DNA of 64,000 nt, from contig NC_043006.1 of NCBI RefSeq assembly GCF_006345805.1, forward strand, positions 35,650,001-35,714,000, in the 5' to 3' direction. The DNA is from Octopus sinensis. Its lineage: Eukaryota. Both the position numbers and the translations under genes were made by a program. Below the pieces are notes generated by a model. The model did no database searches. It saw only the letters and a program-made list of their open reading frames with translations, and was not told where the DNA came from. Each line of letters starts with the position of its first letter. Position 1 is the stretch's first letter. Positions 55,511 through 64,000 of this stretch are shown in pieces.

Positions 55511-56067
55511 GAGTGAGCGAGCAGAGCATGCCATCAAAGTGACACTGGGGTAAAATATACGAAGCCCAATATACCCATCATGACTACCCGTCTGATAAGG
55601 GCACACCAGGCACATGCATCACAACCATATGTGCGCGGCATGGTGATCTCATATCAAGATAAACTGCACATGACCTTGCAGGTGGGGCCCAGTTAGAATT
55701 TTCTTCAGGTTGAGTAGCCCATCCCGCTCAAACGGTCCCTGAATAAGGGTTGTTTAAGGATGTTGAAAAACCCACCCATGTCTCCAGAGGTGAATTATTC
55801 AAACCCCAAAGAATCCCTCTCAACACATGGCTATGATGCTCCCCCACTACTTCTGCTCGTGATCAGAGATGCACATATCGTCAGCCACTAAGGGACATGC
55901 TCAACTGGTTAAGGTCAAACAACTGACAAGCAAATCTGTGGTATTGAGCAGAATATTTGCTGTAGCCCATCTTTTATACCAAGACAGAACAATGTACATG
56001 ATAACACTTCCAATCAGTTAAGATCAGAAGCCATGAGAGCCTCTGCCTGGTACTGCATCAGGGCATT
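55511..56067 (-). mobile_element. About 540-bp retroposon-like repeat with (TAA)n tail
   Basis: Four copies in the window (31909, 55511, 57040 and a partial at 57558). On the minus strand each complete end reads ...CTCTGCTCGCTCACTC-AATAATAAT. Confidence 0.8.
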
Positions 56068-56340
56068 GGTATTGAGCAGAATATTTGCTGTAGCCCATCT
56101 TTTATACCAAGACAGAACAATGTACATGATAACACTTCCAATCAGTTAAGATCAGAAGCCATGAGAGCCTCTGCCTGGTACTGCATCAGGGCATTGGTAT
56201 TGAGCAGAATATTTGCTGTAGCCCATCTTTTATACCAAGACAGTTGTATTGAGCAGAATATTTGCTGTAGCCCATCTTTTATACCAAGACAGTGGTATTG
56301 AGCAGAATATTTGCTGTAGCCCATCTTTTATACCAAGACA

Positions 56341-56341
<1 letters not shown>
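55940..56341 (+). repeat. Nested tandem repeats: 128,128,49,49,48 bp
   Basis: GGTATTGAGCAGAATATTTGCTGTAGCCCATCTTTTATACCAAGACAG restarts at 55940, 56068, 56196, 56245 and 56294. Confidence 0.95.
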
Positions 56342-56414
<73 letters not shown>

Positions 56415-56534
56415 CATCATCATCATCATCATTATTATTATTATTATTATTATCATTATTGTTATTATTATTATTATTATTGTCATCATCATAATCACCA
56501 TCATCATCATCATCATCATTATTATTATTATTAT

Positions 56535-56996
56535 TTTATGTTTAACGTTTGCTTTGCATTTGAACAACATCGTTCAAAGACTCAAGTGACAACAAGTTCG
56601 AAGTTCATATTGGTGTTATGCCTAGCGTGCCGTAAATTTGGTTTTGCACATAGTGTTCTTCTAGAGAATGTTTAAAATACCATAAGAAAATTGTGTTTGT
56701 TATAAAACTTGATATTACATAGACAGTATTTTGCGTAGGATATGGGCAGTTCCCATTAGCACTATCTTTTGAATTTCTGCCATTTTGGGCTTTCCTGGTA
56801 TCTGAGATAGGTACCAATCAGCCCCCTTTGCTATCATTCCCAGGGCACCTATAACAACAGGTATTGCTTTAGTCTTCAGATTCCACATTCTGCTAATTTC
56901 TATTTCAAGATCTTTATTCTTGCTCAGTTTTTGGTAGGTCTTGATAGATACATTTATATCGATTGCGACAGTCATATCAATGAGGAGGCATGATTT
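56535..56996 (-). mobile_element. 5'-truncated R4/Dong-like (RLE) non-LTR retrotransposon within (TAA)n
   Basis: An open frame KSCLLIDMTVAIDINVSIKTYQKLSKNKDLEIEISRMWNLKTKAIPVVIGALGMI...LMGTAHILRKILSM* (stop at 56715) is followed by an about 180-bp 3' UTR. TAA/CAA repeats flank both sides. Confidence 0.88.
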
Positions 56997-57039
56997 TATT
57001 ATTATTGTTGTTGTTGTTGTCGTTACTATTATTATTACT

Positions 57040-57690
57040 GAGTGAGAGAGCAGTGCATGCCACCAAAGTGACAATGGGGTAAAATATATGAATCCCAATA
57101 TAACCATCATGACTACTCATCTGAAAAGGGTACACCAGACACATGCATCACAGCCATATATGAACAAGGAGATCTCATATCAAGATAAACAGCGCATGAA
57201 CTTCCAGCCGGAGTCCAGTTAGAATTTTCTTCGGGTCGAGTCGCCCATCCCGTTCAAAAGGTCCCTGAATAAGGGTTGTTTAAGGATGTTTAATGAAACA
57301 CCCATGTTTCCAGAGGTGAATTAATCAAACACCAAAAACTTCCTCTTCACAGATGGCTATGATACTCCCCCATTACTTCTGCTAGTGATCAGAGATGCAC
57401 ATATTGTCAGCCATCTGCTCAAGTGGTTAAGATCGCACAACTGACAAGCAAATCTGTGGTATTGAGAGGAATATCTATTGTTGCCCATCTTTTATACCAA
57501 GACAAAACAATATACATGCTTAGCGGTATTTCGGCCGTTGCTACTTTCTGAGTTCAAATGCACATATCGCCAGCCAACAAGGGACATGCTCAACTGGTTA
57601 TGGTCAAACAACTGACAGGCAAATCTATGGTATTGGGCAGAATATATGCTGTAGCCCATCTTTTATATCAAGACAAAGCAATTTATATGT
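57040..57690. mobile_element. 540-bp repeat fused to a Meta-like SINE piece, then a partial second 540-bp copy
   Basis: Junction ...AATATACATG|CTTAGCGGTATTT at 57516-57518. The SINE piece ends at 57559. Confidence 0.8.
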
Positions 57691-57694
57691 ATTA

Positions 57695-57771
<77 letters not shown>

Positions 57772-57792
57772 ATTTTTATTACTATTACTATT

Positions 57793-58195
57793 GAGCGGTG
57801 AGCTGACACAATCGTTAGCACGCCGGACGAAATGCGTAGCGCTATTTCGTCTGCTGCTACGTTCTGAGTTCAAATTCCGCCGAGGTCGACTTTGCCTTTC
57901 ATCCTTTCGGGGTCGATTAAATAAGTACCAGTTACGCACTAGAGTCGATATAATCGACTTAATCCGTTTGTCTGTCCTTGTTTGTCCTCTCTGTGTTTAG
58001 CCTCTTGTGGGTAATAAAGAAATAGGTATTTCACCCGTCGTGACGTTTTAAGCTCAATTTTCGTCGAGGTTGACTTTGCCTTTCATGTCGTATTCGATGA
58101 AATAAATAGCAGTGAAACACTGGGGTGGATGCGATCATCTAGCCCCCTTCCCCAAATTTCTGGCTTTGTGCCTGTAATAGGAAGGATTATTATTA
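57793..58195 (+). mobile_element. Dimeric Meta-like SINE with (ATT)n tail
   Basis: Head GAGCGGTGAGCTGACACAATCGTTAGC, first core, junction AAAGAAATAG|GTATTTC at 58025, second core, then AGGAAGGATTATTATT. Confidence 0.85.
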
Positions 58196-58258
58196 TTTTT
58201 TTTTTTCTTTCAAATTTGCTTCCATTTCTTGCCGAGTGTCTTCCCGACTCCTAGGGCA

Positions 58259-58292
<34 letters not shown>

Positions 58293-58361
58293 TTATTGTT
58301 GTTGTTGTTGTTGTTGTTGTTGTTATCATTATTATTATTATTATTATTACTATTATTATTT

Positions 58362-58466
58362 ATTATCTTTGCACAGCTCCTAAGGCTGGAAATGTACTAC
58401 ACTGCCAGCTTTTCGCTACCAGTGAACTAAGGTAGAACCCCTTATCTTTCGAGCACCACCTGGAGT
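58362..58466 (-). mobile_element. About 105-bp non-repetitive insert between (TAA)n tracts, probable 3' end of another TAA-tailed retroposon
   Basis: The minus strand ends ...CCAGCCTTAGGAGCTGTGCAAAG-ATAATAAATAATAAT. Confidence 0.45.
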
Positions 58467-58476
58467 ATTATTATTA

Positions 58477-58519
<43 letters not shown>

Positions 58520-58975
58520 ATTAATATGATGATGATTACACTTGTTTAACAGATGGTAGTTTCAGGCAAATTTCTACTATATCACTGCTGCACCTCCATA
58601 TTGCTGGAGTGAATGCAGCATTGTGTCTTCTTTTCTGTTGTTGGGACTATGTAAGCTCTTCCCGGTATTGTACTGCGTATTTTCCCTTGAGGTGTGGTGC
58701 AATCTTTTGTTGTATTTCTGCTTGTATTTTGTGTTGAGTGAGTAATGCCTTGGTTATCAAGGTTCCTGGTGGAAGTTTATTTGACTGGATAATTTTTGTA
58801 TAGAGGGTGCCTGGTGTTTGTGATCATGCCCAATGCTCCAATTATTATTGGCATTGTTTACCCCTTCATGTTCCACATCTTCAATTTAGAGGTCTTTGTA
58901 ATTTGACAATCTCTCTACTTCTTTTGGGGCAATATTTTGATCAAAAGAAACAGAAATGTATATCAGTAAACAGGT
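58520..58975 (-). mobile_element. Second, older R4/Dong-like RLE fragment with a different 3' UTR and (TAA)n tail
   Basis: Minus strand: CLLIYISVSFDQNIAPKEVERLSNYKDL*IE / MWNMKG*TMPIIIGALGMI, with stops and frameshifts. Confidence 0.8.
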
Positions 58976-59704
58976 TTAATGACGAATACCTCTCATTTTC
59001 GCTTGTAAATAACATAACAGCGATTGCTTAATTCACAAACATTACATTACTTCTACTGGAGGATTGGAAATATTTTGCTGCATGGGAAATATCGTATTAG
59101 TATGTCAGATGAGTTTAACAACACTGTAGCCTGTATATGCACCAGTGAACACTTCTTTTTCGGTAGGGTGTATGCACAGTAAATCAGATTGGAAGAGCAC
59201 AGCCCATGCATTAGTTTAGTTTCAGTTAATCTTTTCAAGGTAAAGAAACATTAAAAACGCAGACATTTAACGAAGCACAGTTTTAATGTTCTGCTGCTTG
59301 CATCACGTAGAGCTTCCTAACCTGTGTTGCATCTTTACAGGTAATAAATTACAACGAGAAAACTTAATAAGTAGTAATATAGGCAATTATTTTTAATTAG
59401 CTTTTTAATGTTCACTGCAGTGGTATGCTAATATTAACTTTATTAGTTACAGAAAACTAACTAGGACTGCATGATTTGAGAGTGAAATCTTTCAGAAGTA
59501 CTTGTTACAGGAAACGAACTACCTAACAATCGAGTGGCTCTCCGGTTAACCGATCGATTCATAAAGCGACTTTGATGCCTTTTAAATGATATCGATAAAT
59601 TTATAGTTGCAGTTATAAAGGAATCGATTTAAGATTTTAGTAATATTACTATCAACTGTTCGGTTTAATAAAAGCTAGAATGCCTAAAGGAACAAATGTT
59701 TAAT

Positions 59705-59980
59705 AGTTTAACTCTGGCTCTCCGTCCGTTACGACGACGATTATAGCTGAGAACTCCACAGACACCATTACCCCTTAACGTAGATCACAGAGAGATTCAG
59801 CGTGACACAGAAGGTGACCACAATGACAATTTAAATTAGAAGTAACACTCATTATTGCCCATTCAGTAGACTGGAACAACGTGAAATAACGTGTCTTGCT
59901 CAAGAACGCATCATAAAGCTGGGAATCCAACTCATTACCTTACCCTCGTGAGCCGAATACCTCAATGGCTAAGCTACCTG
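59705..59980 (-). mobile_element. Degenerate tRNA-derived SINE (7552-type tail)
   Basis: CTCCGTCCGTTACGACGACG...CTCCACAGACAC...CCCTTAACGTAG is the reverse complement of the 7810-7930 tail. Confidence 0.65.
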
Positions 59981-60584
59981 CCATCACTTAATTAAACATT
60001 GAACTTAATTAAACATTAAATTGGTAGGCCCTCGGCTAGAATAACTTGAGGTATTTGCTTGCATCTGTTTGTGACTCTTTGCATTCGATTTCTACCGAGG
60101 TCTTATTAGCCTTTCATACGACTGACTTAAGTAGGATAAACAGCAATCACATCAGACGATGAGAAAAGTTGTGTCGCTCTATCTGTAACACAGGCAGATC
60201 TCCCTGAACACATGTGGGGTAAAGCAATGACAGAAAGGGATATCTCAAGATCCCTCCTAGAAGTCGTTTGATCATAGGTCTGCAGAATCAGAGCTGAGCT
60301 AGTAATAAAAGTACAAATAACAGAGCATCAAAGTGAACACTTGTTCTGCTAGAAATAACAGCTAGACTTTCCCCAGTTAAACTGTTACTATGAAAAATGA
60401 AGAATAGCGTTTAATGATGGAGTCCTAGTCACACTGTTTCTGAAACCAAAGACAGGATAGTTGCAAATGGAAGATTTATGCTTATCAATTTGTTCGGTCA
60501 GGGATGAAGTGGGCCCAGGAAACAATTGCAATAACAACAACATAATACTTCATCATTTTCTATTTTCCTTTCTTTTACTCGGTG

Positions 60585-60955
60585 AAGCGCAGCCATGCTA
60601 GAGCAATGGATAATATAGTTTAGCTGAACAAACTCACGACAGTGCCATTTATTTTGAAGTCTTGTATTTATTTTATCGGTTCTTTCGCCGAACCACTAAG
60701 TTAATGTAACGTAAAGAAACCAACGCCAGTTGTGAAGCGTTAGTGGCCAAACACAATACAAACACAAACAAATATAAATGTGTGTGTGTGAGAGAGAGAC
60801 AGAGACAGACAGACTTCCATACAGCTTCCGTCACAAAGAGCAGGTCCATCCACAGATATAGTAGAAGACAGTTGTCCAAGGTACCGTGCAGTGGAACTGA
60901 ACCTGCAGCCTCATGGACGAAAAATGAGCTTCGTAACCACACAGCTATGCCTGAG
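60585..60955 (-). mobile_element. CORE-like (OR1-type) SINE, degenerate
   Basis: TATAGTAGAAGACAGTTGTCCAAGGTACCGTGCAGTGGAACTGAACC and GCCGAACCACTAAGTT match 335-710. Confidence 0.7.
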
Positions 60956-61192
60956 TAGACAATTAGAGAAGTGCAATCTATAATAATGTCATCTTACGAA
61001 TAAACCAGAATATATCTTTCATGTATTCATTCGAATATGTTTTTTGCGAAGTCAATGTTGACTTCTAAAGGAATCTGTGCGGAAAAGTGTAGTATATATA
61101 CATATTTATGGTAAATGAAAGACGAAAGATGGTATACACGAGAATTTTTATTATCAATCACTGCAATTGATGCCTCACCGGTAGGACACTTC

Positions 61193-61286
<94 letters not shown>

Positions 61287-61298
61287 TTATCTACCTAC

Positions 61299-62575
<1,277 letters not shown>

Positions 62576-62690
62576 CAGCAAAAAACAATTAAGATTCAAA
62601 TGAATTCAAATGAATATGGTACTTAACTTAGATGCACCAGGATTCTTTATGGTATTAACCATAAAATTATGTGGGGTGATTATAATCAAC

Positions 62691-63205
62691 AAAAAAGCAA
62701 CAAGAATGGATCGGTAGATTAGTACAATTGTTTCATACTAAAAACATTTAATTCCAAGCTGCAAATATTACAGCAAATATAATGTCAAGTATTCATCAGC
62801 TAAATCACATATAGCTTTTCCATATATTCTTAGAGAGTGTAAATATCCTTATGAAGTTATAGGAGTGAGTTCCATGAATCTGAAGTAAGATTTCAAGCAG
62901 ACTATATATGTTTTCCAACAATACAAAGTTTTTATGAGTAGATTTATCTTCTCTGGGATGTTAATAATCATTTTAAAAACTTTGTATTGTTGGAAAACAT
63001 ATATAGTTTGCTTGGAATCTTACTTCAGATTCATGGAACTCACTCCTATAACTTCATAAGGATATTTACACTCTCTAAGAATATATGGAAAACCTATATG
63101 TGATTTAGCTGATGAATACTTGACATTATATTTGCAGCTTGAAATTAAATGTTTTTAGTATGAAACAATTGTACTAATCTACCGATCCATTCTTGTTGCT
63201 TTTTT
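62691..63205. repeat. Long inverted repeat (244/232-bp arms, 39-bp spacer)
   Basis: 62691-62934 vs the reverse complement of 62974-63205 differ by 4 substitutions and one 12-bp indel. Confidence 0.96.
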
Positions 63206-63236
63206 CTTGGGTATATATATATATATATATATATAG

Positions 63237-63420
63237 GGAGAGTTTACCAAAAAAACAAAAGACAAAGACAGATGGTGTACAAAACAAATAGATGTATTAG
63301 TATAACGCTCAGGAACAGAAAAAGTCTTTTACGTTTCGAGCCTACGCTCTTCTACAGAAAGGGACACAGAAAACAAGGAGAGAAAAATGTGTGTAGAAGC
63401 TAACGATCTATCATGGCGTC
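63237..63420 (+). mobile_element. Penelope-like terminal-repeat remnant after (TA)n
   Basis: GGGAGAGTTTACCAAAAAAACAAAAGAC...ACGTTTCGAGCCTACGCTCTTC. Confidence 0.65.
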
Positions 63421-63433
63421 TGGTATATATATG

Positions 63434-63478
<45 letters not shown>

Positions 63479-63766
63479 GTGTATGAAGAAAACTCGAAAT
63501 AGAACATGAAAAGGATCAGCAGTAATTGTCAAATATACAGAGAAATCTTGTTATCGGCTATGGAAACCAAATTTCACGATAGTACAGACGATTTGTACCA
63601 GGGAATTTGTAATCCATAAACTTAAAACATACCGAGACTATTATCAGCTGGTCTCCATAGCGAATGAGAGGAGTTGAATGCTGATTTGTCATTAGTTTTA
63701 CCGTTATTCTTTTCCATTTTCCATTTCGATTTCCCATTACAGCGAACTCAGCAACTACGTTGTTGC

Positions 63767-63812
<46 letters not shown>

Positions 63813-64000
63813 ATGTGTGCGTGCATGCATGAGTGTATGTGTGTGTGCATGTGTGCGTACATGCATGAGTGTGTGTGTGTGTGTATACAGCGACTTTTAT
63901 TTCGAAAGGTATAGAAGTAAGCAGGTGTGCATAGTTATGCAATAGAGTAAAATCAAAGCAAAAACGAAAAAAAAGAGAATGGAACCGAGAGAACTTGTAA

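Noticed and set aside
55860-55900. Hammerhead in the 540-bp element (CUGACGA on the minus strand)
   Set aside because: No GAAA in the right position and no stem I/III pairing.

Overview
Eukaryotic, AT-rich, microsatellite-saturated DNA with (TA)n, (CA)n, (TAA)n, (GATA)n and (CATA)n tracts. Its tRNA-derived SINEs resemble those I recall from Octopus, so a coleoid cephalopod source is inferred. Almost all listed ORFs are microsatellite translations. Only two real coding signals stand out. One is a young, 5'-truncated CR1/L2-group LINE with a 685-codon open RT region (4607-6664). The other is one host exon encoding a C3HC4 RING finger (35902-36216). The rest is decayed transposons: mariner, RTE, RLE-type (R4/Dong-like), Penelope-like and SINEs. 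The notable structures are: (i) a type I hammerhead ribozyme fold, one base from canonical, inside a fold-back at 8.2-8.4 kb; (ii) a cluster of RLE-type retroposon fragments inserted antisense into (TAA)n tracts, several of which are SINE tails; (iii) an RLE fragment abutting (CATA)n; (iv) a mariner derivative built from two 5' ends; (v) a 4.5-kb tandem duplication with a 3-bp microhomology junction; (vi) a pre-miRNA-sized hairpin; (vii) several (TA)n-adjacent palindromes. I found no evidence of a new protein-coding system. Irregular (TA)n tracts suggest long-read errors, so the duplications and fold-backs need read-level checks. All alignments and folds were done by eye.
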